From the sequence record SRR22947727_2870: 32,770 nt of DNA; one strand, 5' to 3'. The position numbers were made by a program, and so were the translations under genes. Below the pieces are notes generated by a model. The model did not search any database. It saw only the letters and a program-made list of their open reading frames with translations, and was not told the origin of the DNA. Below, in pieces: positions 19,170 through 28,477 of this stretch (position 1 is its first letter; each line of letters opens with the position of its first letter).

Positions 19170-19322
19170 TTATTTTTTAGACAACCATTGGTCTACTAAT
19201 TCAGGAGCCATTACAGACTCTGCAAAAGTATAGGCACCGGTCTTTGGAGAACGTACCATTTTAATAGCTTTGGTTAATCTTTTCGAACTTGTCTGTAGGG
19301 ATGCTACTGTCTTCTTTGCCAT
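19170..19322 (-). CDS. DUF4295 protein = Bacteroidota-specific ribosomal protein bL38 (50 aa; not in the ORF track)
   Basis: Translated by hand: MAKKTVASLQTSSKRLTKAIKMVRSPKTGAYTFAESVMAPELVDQWLSKK; SPKTGAY motif; between rpmG and ftsY. Confidence 0.9.
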   Translation of the reverse strand: MAKKTVASLQTSSKRLTKAIKMVRSPKTGAYTFAESVMAPELVDQWLSKK

Positions 19323-19328
19323 GGCTTA

Positions 19329-19511
19329 TTATTTTATTTCTTTATGAACAGTCATGCGCTTTAGAATTGGATTAAATTTCTTAATCTCCATTCTGTCTGG
19401 CGTGTTCTTTTTGTTTTTTGTTGTAATGTATCTAGAAGTTCCAGCAACACCAGATTCTTTGTGCTCTGTACATTCTAAAATAACCTGAATTCTATTGCCT
19501 TTCTTAGCCAT
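19329..19511 (-). CDS. rpmG: 50S ribosomal protein L33
   Basis: [35 protein letters not shown]. Confidence 0.97.
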   Translation of the reverse strand: MAKKGNRIQVILECTEHKESGVAGTSRYITTKNKKNTPDRMEIKKFNPILKRMTVHKEIK

Positions 19512-19516
19512 CTTAA

Positions 19517-19771
19517 TTATTCTTTATTAGGATTACTTAACCAATCCGTTTTTTTACCTGCTTCTTTCAATACTGCAGATATTCCTTTTTTGTTAATGCT
19601 CTTTAGAGCTCTTGTAGAAACCTTCAAAGTGATCCAACGATCCTCTTCAGGAATGTAGAAACGCTTTTTAGAAAGGTTTACTTCAAACCTTCTTTTGGTC
19701 TTATTTATGGAGAAGGAAACATTGTTCCCGACCATAGCCTTCTTTCCAGTAATTTCACAAACTTTAGACAT
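19517..19771 (-). CDS. rpmB: 50S ribosomal protein L28
   Basis: [21 protein letters not shown]-x2-NL, LKVST, INKKG. Confidence 0.96.
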   Translation of the reverse strand: MSKVCEITGKKAMVGNNVSFSINKTKRRFEVNLSKKRFYIPEEDRWITLKVSTRALKSINKKGISAVLKEAGKKTDWLSNPNKE

Positions 19772-19804
19772 TTCGCTTCTTTATGAGTTATTTTAAACAG
19801 GCTG

Positions 19805-19836
19805 CAAATTTATATCTTTTTTATCTCTCTTACAAA
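19805..19836 (-). promoter_or_regulatory. Consensus Bacteroidota promoter for the rpmB operon
   Basis: Minus strand TTTG (19836-19833)-N20-TAAATTTG (19812-19805). Confidence 0.75.
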
Positions 19837-19844
19837 AATCTTTT

Positions 19845-21092
19845 TTAGAATTTTATAATTTCTTTTTGTAAAAGCGCTAAAGCCTTGTTAACAGTCTTCT
19901 GCACAATGCGTTCCCGGTGGTTGCCCATAGAGAAAATTTCTGAATATATGCCTTTAGGATGGGCAATGGCTATGCAAACTGTTCCCAAAGGGGCCTCTGA
20001 ATCTCCTTTGGTAGGTCCTGCGTTCCCAGTAGTGGCTATGGCAAAATCAGAACCCATTAGTTTTTGAACACCTAAAGCCATGGCAGAAGCCACCTCCTTA
20101 CTCACCACAGAATGCTGCTCAATGAGCGATTTACTTACGCCTAAAAGATTAGATTTTTGTGCTGTTTCATAAGCAACTACACCCCCTTTAAAATATGCAG
20201 ACGCTCCAGGAATAGCCGTAAAAGCAGCCGCTAATTTTCCTCCAGTACAACTTTCTGCTACCGAAAGCGTTCTCTTTTTTTGGGTGAGCAACTTAGCCAC
20301 AATCACTTCTAAAATATCTTCAGACTCTATACCGTAGACAATTTCTCCCAACAAGGGCATGAGCAACTGGACCTGGTCGTTTACTTCTTTCTCTAAAATT
20401 TCTTTATCTGGGCCTACGGCCGACAACCTCAAGCGCACCTTTCCCAAGCTTGGCAAATAAGCCAACTTAATATGAGGTGGAAGGGCGTCTGCCCATACAG
20501 AGATATCTTCTGCTATAGCAGACTCCCCAACACCATAAGTTTGAATGGTCTTGTGAATAATATGGGGCCTTTTGAAGTCGGAAACTATTTTTGGAAGAAC
20601 CGATTCAGACAGGATGGCTTTCATCTCAAATGGGACACCTGGCATAAAAACAAAAACAGTCTGTCCTTTTTGCACCCACATTCCTGGCGCAGTACCATAA
20701 TTGTTTTTTAAAGGAATGGCTTTAGACGGAAGCAAAGCCTGGGTGAGATTACTATCATTCATTTTGGTAGAAATATACTTTTCAAAAAGCATCTTAATAT
20801 GTGCCAGTACAACAGGGTTTTCTTCCAAGTGATCTTCAAAATAAGTGCACATTGTTGCCTTAGTGATGTCGTCTTTTGTGGGGCCTAGTCCACCTGTAAT
20901 AAGGACCAAATCTACCTTATTTTGTGCGCCTTCTAAAGCAGTTAAAATAGCCGCTGCCTGGTCTTGAATACTGAGCATTTCTACTACACTAACCCCTATT
21001 TTATTGAGCTCTTGCGCCATATAGGTGGCGTTGGTGTCTACAATTTGACCAATGAGAATTTCATCTCCAATGGTAATTATTTTTGCATTCAT
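19845..21092 (-). CDS. cinA: CinA family protein (MoCF-like + PncC NMN deamidase domains)
   Basis: IGDEILIGQIVDTN, GGLGPTKDDIT, GTAPG, PGVPFEM, AESCTGG, TTGNAGP. Confidence 0.93.
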   Translation of the reverse strand: MNAKIITIGDEILIGQIVDTNATYMAQELNKIGVSVVEMLSIQDQAAAILTALEGAQNKVDLVLITGGLGPTKDDITKATMCTYFEDHLEENPVVLAHIKMLFEKYISTKMNDSNLTQALLPSKAIPLKNNYGTAPGMWVQKGQTVFVFMPGVPFEMKAILSESVLPKIVSDFKRPHIIHKTIQTYGVGESAIAEDISVWADALPPHIKLAYLPSLGKVRLRLSAVGPDKEILEKEVNDQVQLLMPLLGEIVYGIESEDILEVIVAKLLTQKKRTLSVAESCTGGKLAAAFTAIPGASAYFKGGVVAYETAQKSNLLGVSKSLIEQHSVVSKEVASAMALGVQKLMGSDFAIATTGNAGPTKGDSEAPLGTVCIAIAHPKGIYSEIFSMGNHRERIVQKTVNKALALLQKEIIKF

Positions 21093-21430
21093 ACTAAGGA
21101 AAAATCACTTTTTAATACTTCCACTACTTCAGCCACTGAAGCCTGAAGGTCGTTTAACTGTTTAATTAAAGTAGCCACAGGCATTGGCGTCAATCTATTC
21201 TTTTCAATGCGAATACATAGCGACGTTGCCTGATCCAAGCCAAGCAAAATTAGATTTGGCTTTATTTTATGGGCCAATTTTGATATTTCTAACATTTCAA
21301 CTGCTTTAAAAGCATCTTGCATTTTCTGAATATCTGTATTAACATCTACAATAAAAACCTTCAACACTTTCACTATGAAGTCCTTATCCCCTTCTGCCAC
21401 AGCCTCTAATCTAGCTAAGTCATACTTCAT
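21089..21430 (-). CDS. Stand-alone HPt (histidine phosphotransfer) domain protein
   Basis: AHKIKP phospho-His motif in an all-helical 113-aa protein; ATGA overlap with cinA. Confidence 0.8.
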   Translation of the reverse strand: MKYDLARLEAVAEGDKDFIVKVLKVFIVDVNTDIQKMQDAFKAVEMLEISKLAHKIKPNLILLGLDQATSLCIRIEKNRLTPMPVATLIKQLNDLQASVAEVVEVLKSDFSLV

Positions 21431-21453
21431 ATCTCTTCTTGAATTGTTCGTGA

Positions 21454-22065
21454 TTACTTAACGCCAATTTTAAACATAGATTGCCCTTCTAAAAAACCTT
21501 CTAAACTGTCTCCTTTTGAAATAGGTCCAACCCCTGCTGGGGTACCTGTAAATATAATATCGCCCTTTTTTAGGGTGAAAAAAGTAGAGACATAAGACAA
21601 CAGCTCCTCAATAGACCACAACATTTCTCTTGTATTGCTCTGTTGCACCGTTTTCCCATTTTGTTGTAGTGAAAAAGCAAGACTGTTTAACTCAGGAAGC
21701 GCTTTGGCAGACACCCACTCTCCAATCACAGCAGATCCGTCAAAGCCCTTACACTTCTCCCAAGGTAAGCCTTTAGATTTGAGCTCCTCTTGTAGGTCCC
21801 TGGCTGTAAAATCAATACCAAGACCTACCTCATCGAAATACAAATGTGCAAATTCTGGGCTAATGTGTTTTCCTACCTTCTTAATTTTCACCAAAAATTC
21901 TACCTCATAATGAATGTCTGAAGAAAAATCTGGTATATAAAAATCCTGTTCTTTAGGCAATACCGCAGAATCGGGTTTAATAAAGACCACTGGCGCTGTA
22001 GGCCTTTGGTTGGAAAGTTCAGAAATATGGTCTTGATAATTGCGACCAATACATATTATTTTCAT
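21454..22065 (-). CDS. Fumarylacetoacetate hydrolase family protein
   Basis: KIICIGRNY-x2-H, FIKP, HYEVE, DFTARDLQ, GDIIFTGTPAGVG. Confidence 0.92.
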   Translation of the reverse strand: MKIICIGRNYQDHISELSNQRPTAPVVFIKPDSAVLPKEQDFYIPDFSSDIHYEVEFLVKIKKVGKHISPEFAHLYFDEVGLGIDFTARDLQEELKSKGLPWEKCKGFDGSAVIGEWVSAKALPELNSLAFSLQQNGKTVQQSNTREMLWSIEELLSYVSTFFTLKKGDIIFTGTPAGVGPISKGDSLEGFLEGQSMFKIGVK

Positions 22066-22075
22066 CTGATGTTAT

Positions 22076-22858
22076 TTATATAGCATTGTTTAAACCAGAA
22101 AGCCTAATCTGGGTAAGCACTTTTTTAGTGTATAATGGAAAATCTGCCTGCATGATCCAACTGTAATAACCAGGTTCATCTTCTAAGACTTTTGTCACTT
22201 TTTTATACTTGTGCTTTCCAAAGGAAAATATGGCTTCACCATTTTTATCTTCTATAATAAAGCCTGCAAAATCCAAAGATTTCTTTCTACTAGAAAATTC
22301 AGAAAGCCATTTCACTTCATTCTCCAAGGAATCATAGCGATCTAATTGCGCCAACAACACCTCATAGGTAGCCAATGTATCTGCAGCAGCAGCGTGTGCG
22401 TTCTCTAATTCTTTTTGGCAATAAAACTGATAGGCAGCTCCTAATGTTCTTTTCTCCATCTTATGAAAAATGGTTTGTACATCTACAGAAACCTTATTCT
22501 TCATATCAAAATCTATTCCTGCCCTCAGCATCTCCTCTGCCAGCAAAGGGATGTCGAACCTATCGGAATTAAAGCCCCCTAAGTCAGCATCTTTAATAAG
22601 TGTATATACCTGAGGCGCAAGGGTCTTAAAATTGGGTTCATTCGCTACTTTTTCATCTGTAATACCATGTACCGCAATGACTTCCTTAGGAATAGGCATT
22701 TCAGGATTGACCAACCAAGTTTTACTCTCTTTATTTCCATTGGGAAATACTTTAAGCACGGCAATTTCTACAATCCTATCCTTGGCTACGTTTATTCCTG
22801 TAGTTTCAAGATCAAAAAAACAAATGGGTCTATGTAGTTTAAGTTGTGTCTTTTCCAT
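22076..22858 (-). CDS. DEDDh 3'-5' exonuclease (DNA polymerase III epsilon-like)
   Basis: FFDLETTG, FNSDRFD, AHAAAAD, C-terminal FGKHK; ATG 22858 preferred, GTG 22879 is an alternative. Confidence 0.9.
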   Translation of the reverse strand: MEKTQLKLHRPICFFDLETTGINVAKDRIVEIAVLKVFPNGNKESKTWLVNPEMPIPKEVIAVHGITDEKVANEPNFKTLAPQVYTLIKDADLGGFNSDRFDIPLLAEEMLRAGIDFDMKNKVSVDVQTIFHKMEKRTLGAAYQFYCQKELENAHAAAADTLATYEVLLAQLDRYDSLENEVKWLSEFSSRKKSLDFAGFIIEDKNGEAIFSFGKHKYKKVTKVLEDEPGYYSWIMQADFPLYTKKVLTQIRLSGLNNAI

Positions 22859-22907
22859 AATCAAAGATAAGATATACACCCCCTACCTCCTAACCCTCTT
22901 GAGTGCT

Positions 22908-23696
22908 TTATTTGGTATTTGAAAACAACCATGGAAATAATCCAGGTTCTTTAAACGCCAAGTCCCAACTGTTGTGGCCAATCCCTTCATAAAGGGTATA
23001 ACGCACATCAAAGCCACGCTTTTTAAATTTCTTCACCATTTGTGTAGAAAAGCTTGCGGGAACTACAGGATCTGCATTGCCATGGAACACCCACCAAGAC
23101 GGTCTTTTGTATTTTCTAAGGGTTTTGGGTGCGGCACCTCCGCAGATAGGAAATGCTGCTGCAAACAGTCTAGGATTGCGTTTGATCAATTCAAAGGTTC
23201 CCATGCCTCCCATAGAAAGACCTCCTACATACAGGCGGTTTTTGTCTAAAGAATAATTTTGAATCAGCTCATCTAGTAGGCCTTCCAATAAAATCATGGC
23301 TTTTGTAGGAGCCCCTTTTTTATAAAAACTAAAATTTGGCATACCACCTTGGGGCACTTCTTTTTTTACATTGCTCCAATAATCATCCACTGCACATTGT
23401 GGCATAAGTACAATGGCTGGAAATTTTTTCCTAAAGGCCTTAGTCGTAAAAAGATATGCCCCGTGGGTTAATTGACTTTCATTGTCTGCACCCCTTTCCC
23501 CAGCACCATGCAGAAAAAGCAATAATGGATAGGACTTAGAAGCGTCATAATCATCCGGCAACAATATGGCGTAAGGCATTTGATCTGTGCCCATCTGAAA
23601 AGTCTTTTTTTCAAATGAAGTGCTTTGAACCGCAGTTTGAGCCACCACTAAACCAAGGGATAAAAACAAAAATATAAGCGTCAGTAACGTTTTCAT
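22908..23696 (-). CDS. Secreted alpha/beta-hydrolase (predicted esterase/peptidase)
   Basis: Signal peptide; FLHGAGERG, nucleophile GLSMGG, HGNADPVV, GHNSW. Confidence 0.85.
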   Translation of the reverse strand: MKTLLTLIFLFLSLGLVVAQTAVQSTSFEKKTFQMGTDQMPYAILLPDDYDASKSYPLLLFLHGAGERGADNESQLTHGAYLFTTKAFRKKFPAIVLMPQCAVDDYWSNVKKEVPQGGMPNFSFYKKGAPTKAMILLEGLLDELIQNYSLDKNRLYVGGLSMGGMGTFELIKRNPRLFAAAFPICGGAAPKTLRKYKRPSWWVFHGNADPVVPASFSTQMVKKFKKRGFDVRYTLYEGIGHNSWDLAFKEPGLFPWLFSNTK

Positions 23697-25048
23697 TATA
23701 CCGGTCTTTTAGGATCCCAAGATTCTAGGTAGTCTGCGATTGTTTTAATAAACATTCCGCCTAGCGCTCCATTCACCACGCGATGGTCATAGGAGTGGGA
23801 CAAGAACATTTTAGAGCGAATTCCAATAAAATCTCCCTCAGCAGTTTCTATCACAGCAGGCACTTTTCTAATGGCACCTAAAGCGAGAATACCTACTTGA
23901 GGTTGGTTGATGATTGGGGTGCCAAATACACTGCCAAAGGATCCTACATTAGTGACCGTATAGGTTCCTCCTTTAATTTCATCTGGCTTTAATTTATTGT
24001 CTCTTGCTCTAGCCGCTAAGTCATTCACTACCCTAGCCATTCCAGTCATATTCAGTTGGTCTGCATGTTTAATCACAGGAACAATCAGGTTCCCGTCTGG
24101 AAGGGCAGCAGCCATGCCTATATGTATATTTTTATGCTTTATAATTTGGTCTCCCTCTAAGGAAATATTCATCATTGGATGCTTTTTTAAAGCCACTGCA
24201 ACGGCCTCCATAAAAATAGGGGTGAATGTAAATTTCTCTCCTTCTCTTTTGGCGAATAAATCCTTCACTTTATTTCTCCAGGCCACAATTTTAGTTACAT
24301 CTACCTCTATAAAACTTTGCACATGGGCAGAGGTCTGAACACTAGCTAACATATGCTGCGCGATGAGTTTACCCATCCTACTCATTTCCAATACTTCAGA
24401 GGCTGCATGATCCACACCAGACGGAATAGACACTTTGGCATGAACTGCTGATGGTTCAAAAGAAACTGTTTTTGAAGCCGCTTTAGTGGTAGTTGTTTTT
24501 CGTGACGCTACAAACAATAAAATATCATTTTTAGTCACCCTACCTTCACTTCCAGAACCCGTGATTTGAGCCAAATCCAAAAGAGACAATCCCTCTTGCT
24601 TGGCTATATTCTTAACCAAGGGCGAATAAAAACGCTTGTCATTAGAAGCGTGAGTAACCACTTCAGAGGCTGTTGGGACGTAAGGTACCTCTGCTGTAAT
24701 TTTAGCGTCAAATGTTTCTGTGTTTTCTCCAGAGTGGTCTAAATCACTAAGGTCAAGATTTTCTGCTACAATAGCTTCTTGGCCTTTGGCCGATGCAGGC
24801 AACTCGCCTTGTGTTTCTATCACCGCAAACACCGCACCAACTTGCACCACTTGGTCTACCTCAAAAAGTTTTTCTACAAGTATTCCAGAAACCTCACTGG
24901 GAACCTCTGTATCTACCTTATCAGTAGCGATCTCCAGGACCCCTTCTTCCTGTTCAATTGTATCACCAACATCTTTCAACCAAGCAGTCAGAGTTGCTTC
25001 TGCAACACTTTCCCCCATCTGAGGCAGTTTTAATTCAAATCTTGCCAT
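23696..25048 (-). CDS. 2-oxoacid dehydrogenase E2, dihydrolipoamide acyltransferase (probably branched-chain type)
   Basis: One lipoyl domain (EIATDKVDTEV), E3-binding SPLVKNIA...GSGSEGRVTKND, catalytic SYDHRVVNG. Confidence 0.92.
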   Translation of the reverse strand: MARFELKLPQMGESVAEATLTAWLKDVGDTIEQEEGVLEIATDKVDTEVPSEVSGILVEKLFEVDQVVQVGAVFAVIETQGELPASAKGQEAIVAENLDLSDLDHSGENTETFDAKITAEVPYVPTASEVVTHASNDKRFYSPLVKNIAKQEGLSLLDLAQITGSGSEGRVTKNDILLFVASRKTTTTKAASKTVSFEPSAVHAKVSIPSGVDHAASEVLEMSRMGKLIAQHMLASVQTSAHVQSFIEVDVTKIVAWRNKVKDLFAKREGEKFTFTPIFMEAVAVALKKHPMMNISLEGDQIIKHKNIHIGMAAALPDGNLIVPVIKHADQLNMTGMARVVNDLAARARDNKLKPDEIKGGTYTVTNVGSFGSVFGTPIINQPQVGILALGAIRKVPAVIETAEGDFIGIRSKMFLSHSYDHRVVNGALGGMFIKTIADYLESWDPKRPV

Positions 25049-25085
25049 ATGTATAATTATAGTGCTTTATTTGTTTGTTTTTTTG

Positions 25086-25093
25086 CAAAAATA
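25086..25093 (-). promoter_or_regulatory. -7 promoter box for the E2 operon
   Basis: Minus strand TATTTTTG, 37 nt before ATG 25048. Confidence 0.55.
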
Positions 25094-25132
25094 CCATAAA
25101 AAAGTCTTCATTACTGACTTTACCTTAATTTA

Positions 25133-25750
25133 CTATGCTTTTAATGCGTTTTCAAATGGAATCCGCTGAAGTATGCTCCTCCCAAGGGTGACCTCATCTG
25201 CATATTCCAATTCGTCTCCTACAGATATTCCTCGAGCTATGGTCGATGTCTTAATGTCCAAACCTTCAATTTGCTTAAAAATGTAAAAGTTGGTCGTATC
25301 TCCTTCCATAGAGGCGCTCATGGCAAAAATAACTTCTTTGACCGTCCCCATTCTTAACTTCTCCACCAATGGTGCAATGTTTAAATCTCCAGGACCAATA
25401 CCTTCCATAGGTGAAATTTTACCTCCTAGAACAAAATACAAACCATTGTATTGGGAGGTGTTTTCAATAGCCATTATATCTCTAATATCTTCTACCACAC
25501 AAAGCAAACTCTGATCCCTTTTGCTATTGGCACAAATATGACATTGGTTGGTGTCAGATATACCAAAGCATTTAGAACAGTATTTAATCTCTGTTTTCAA
25601 ATGGACTAAAGCAGCTGCTAAATCAGTGGTTTGCGAAGCTTCCTGTCTGAGCAAATGCAATACCAAACGCAGCGCTGTTCTCTTACCAATACCCGGTAAT
25701 TGAGACATCTCATTTACTGCATTTTCCAATAATTTTGAAGAAAATTCCAT
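25133..25750 (-). CDS. recR: Recombination mediator RecR
   Basis: [12 protein letters not shown] HhH, C4 zinc finger, CVVE Toprim, [21 protein letters not shown] 25750 preferred over 25786. Confidence 0.96.
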   Translation of the reverse strand: MEFSSKLLENAVNEMSQLPGIGKRTALRLVLHLLRQEASQTTDLAAALVHLKTEIKYCSKCFGISDTNQCHICANSKRDQSLLCVVEDIRDIMAIENTSQYNGLYFVLGGKISPMEGIGPGDLNIAPLVEKLRMGTVKEVIFAMSASMEGDTTNFYIFKQIEGLDIKTSTIARGISVGDELEYADEVTLGRSILQRIPFENALKA

Positions 25751-25886
25751 GGGTATAAAAATACAATTTTTAACACACACCAACACGGCAATTTTAACTT
25801 TCTACACCAATACAATTTCCTACAATGAAAAGCCATTATCTATTTAAAAGAAACTGGTGTATATTGTGGCTGCAAAATCAATCCAA

Positions 25887-27344
25887 ATGAGCCCAATTGC
25901 TATAGTTGTTCTGATCAGTGTTTACTTCCTAATTTTGATGGGCATATCCTTTGCTACCTCAAAAAATGACTCCAATGATGATTTTTTTAAAGCTGGAGGA
26001 AAGTCTCCTTGGTATGTAGTTGCCTTTGGTATGATAGGTGCTTCTTTATCTGGAGTGACATTTATTTCAGTTCCTGGTTGGGTTGCCAGTACAGGATTTA
26101 GCTATATGCAAGTGGTCTTTGGTTACCTGGTGGGTTATTTCATTATTGCATTTGTATTAATGCCCATTTATTACAGGGCTAATCTCACCTCTATCTACGA
26201 ATACTTAAATACCCGATTTGGGGTTGTCAGTTATAAAACAGGCGCATTCTTCTTTTTTATCTCTAGGGTCCTTGGGGCATCATTCAGACTATTCTTAGTA
26301 GCGATTGTTTTACAGCAATTTGTTTTTGACAGTTGGGGAGTTCCTTTTGAAGCTACCGTCATACTATCCATACTATTAATATGGGCCTATACTTTTAGAG
26401 GAGGTATTAAGACAATCGTATGGACAGACTCACTACAAACCTTATTTATGCTATTGGCAGTAGGATTTTCTATCTATTTTATCAATCAGAAACTAGGTTG
26501 GACTATGGGAGAATTTCTCTCAAGTGAAGCTTTAGTTCCATTGAGTGAGCTTTGGGTAACAGATACTTTGTATGAAAAAAATCACCTTGTAAAATCCTTT
26601 TTTGGCGGGCTATTTATTGCCGTTTGTATGACAGGCCTAGACCAAGATATGATGCAAAAAAACTTGAGCTGTAAAGACATAGGCGCTGCGCAAAAAAACA
26701 TGATTAGCTTTAGCCTAGTTCTCGTGGTCGTAAATTTAATTTTCTTACTTCTGGGGGCCTTGCTATTTATCTATGCAGAGCGTTTTAATATAGCTATGCC
26801 ACTGTTAGACGGTAGCCCAAAAACAGACCTTTTATTTCCAGAGATAGCCCTCAACAGTGGGCTACCTATTTGGGTGGGAATTACTTTCATGCTAGGGCTC
26901 ATTGCTGCAGCTTATAGCAGTGCAGATTCTGCTTTAACTTCTTTAACCACTTCTTTTTGTATTGACTTCTTGGGTATTGAAAAGCAAGCGCCAAACACCC
27001 AAAAAAGCACCAGAAAAAAAGTACATATAGGCATGAGTGCGCTATTGGTCTTAGTAATCATAAGTTTCAAATACGTGTTGGATAAAAATATTATAGATGG
27101 ACTCCTCACGGTAGCCACCTATACTTATGGCCCATTATTAGGATTATTTGCCTTTGGTGTATTAACCAAACATCAGATTAAAGACCAATATGTATGGGTG
27201 GTAGCTCTGGTGGTACTGTCTTTTATAATTGTCATAGCCAACCTACCTGCTGCCTGGTTAAATGGATACATCATTGGGTATGAACTATTGCCTTTAAATG
27301 GGCTTCTCACCTTTTTAGGATTGTACCTCATCCGTAAAAAATAG
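25887..27344 (+). CDS. Sodium:solute symporter (SSS family)
   Basis: Many TM segments; [18 protein letters not shown]-x2-[35 protein letters not shown] 25887 preferred. Confidence 0.92.
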   Translation: MSPIAIVVLISVYFLILMGISFATSKNDSNDDFFKAGGKSPWYVVAFGMIGASLSGVTFISVPGWVASTGFSYMQVVFGYLVGYFIIAFVLMPIYYRANLTSIYEYLNTRFGVVSYKTGAFFFFISRVLGASFRLFLVAIVLQQFVFDSWGVPFEATVILSILLIWAYTFRGGIKTIVWTDSLQTLFMLLAVGFSIYFINQKLGWTMGEFLSSEALVPLSELWVTDTLYEKNHLVKSFFGGLFIAVCMTGLDQDMMQKNLSCKDIGAAQKNMISFSLVLVVVNLIFLLLGALLFIYAERFNIAMPLLDGSPKTDLLFPEIALNSGLPIWVGITFMLGLIAAAYSSADSALTSLTTSFCIDFLGIEKQAPNTQKSTRKKVHIGMSALLVLVIISFKYVLDKNIIDGLLTVATYTYGPLLGLFAFGVLTKHQIKDQYVWVVALVVLSFIIVIANLPAAWLNGYIIGYELLPLNGLLTFLGLYLIRKK

Positions 27345-27345
27345 C

Positions 27346-27371
27346 AAAAAAAAAAGAGGCCTTAGCCCCTT
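27346..27371 (-). terminator. Intrinsic terminator downstream of fabH, between convergent genes
   Basis: Minus strand AAGGGGC-taag-GCCTCTT followed by a long T run. Confidence 0.65.
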
Positions 27372-27422
27372 ATTTTATAGAAAAATTGCACCTATAATAG
27401 TTTTAATTGAGAAGTGCATCTG

Positions 27423-28436
27423 CTACCAGCGAATAATCGCAGAGCCCCAGGTAAATCCACTACCGAATGCAGCCAATACTACTAGATCTCCTTCTTTGAC
27501 CTTTCCTTGCTCCCAAGCTTCTGTAAGCGCTATAGGAATAGATGCAGCAGTTGTATTTCCGTATTTCATTATATTGTTAAACACCTGATCATCAGACAAG
27601 CCGAATTTCTTTTGAATAAATTGCGCAATTCTAAGGTTTGCTTGGTGGGGCACCAAGAGTGAAATAGCTTCTTTGGTCAAGTTATTTGCCTTGAGACCTT
27701 CATTAATCACTTCTGAAAAACGCACTACAGCATTTTTAAACACAAACTGGCCATCCATGTAGGGGTAATAAGACAAGTCTTCTGGATCATTATCCTCTAA
27801 GATATCTGTCACCCACCTACTACCCATTCCTGGGGCTAATAATGAAAGTGCCTCTGCATGTTCTCCCTCAGAATGCAAGTGTGTAGACAAAATACCTTTG
27901 GTTAAATCTTCTTCTCTGGATACTATAGCCGCTCCAGCTCCATCGCCAAAAATAACAGATATATTCCTCCCTCTTGTGGTCATATCCATTCCATGTGACT
28001 GCAATTCTGAACCAATAACAAGTACATTTTTATACATCCCGGACTTCACATATTGGTCTGCTACAGATAACGCATATACAAATCCAGAGCATTGGTTTCT
28101 CACATCCAAAGCACCCACTGTATCTATACCCAAATCTCTTTGAACTAGTACACCAGGGCCTGGAAAATAATAATCTGGACTTAGTGTGGCAAAAACAATA
28201 AAATCTATTTCTTGTTTGTCTATACCAGCCCTTTCTATAGCTACCTTAGCGGCCTTTACACCCATAGTAGTGGTGGTCTCTCCTGAGCCTTTTACTACGT
28301 GCCTTCTCTCTTCAATTCCCGTACGTTCTTTAATCCAAGCGTCATTGGTGTCAATGTGCTTAGACAAATCATCGTTTGTCACAATATTTTCGGGTACATA
28401 ATGGCCTAAACCAATAATTTTTGAATGGTATGTCAT
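27423..28436 (-). CDS. fabH: 3-oxoacyl-ACP synthase III
   Basis: WIKERTGI, catalytic NQCSGF, FGDGAGA, PHQANLRI, GNTTAASIP, FGSGFTWG. Confidence 0.93.
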   Translation of the reverse strand: MTYHSKIIGLGHYVPENIVTNDDLSKHIDTNDAWIKERTGIEERRHVVKGSGETTTTMGVKAAKVAIERAGIDKQEIDFIVFATLSPDYYFPGPGVLVQRDLGIDTVGALDVRNQCSGFVYALSVADQYVKSGMYKNVLVIGSELQSHGMDMTTRGRNISVIFGDGAGAAIVSREEDLTKGILSTHLHSEGEHAEALSLLAPGMGSRWVTDILEDNDPEDLSYYPYMDGQFVFKNAVVRFSEVINEGLKANNLTKEAISLLVPHQANLRIAQFIQKKFGLSDDQVFNNIMKYGNTTAASIPIALTEAWEQGKVKEGDLVVLAAFGSGFTWGSAIIRW

Positions 28437-28477
28437 CTTAAATTGTTTCTTGAGACTGCAATATATAAAGAATTCTT

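Noticed and set aside
23696-23810. E2 catalytic motif HRVVNG instead of HRxxDG
   Set aside because: Asn at this position is a known functional variant in E2 enzymes.
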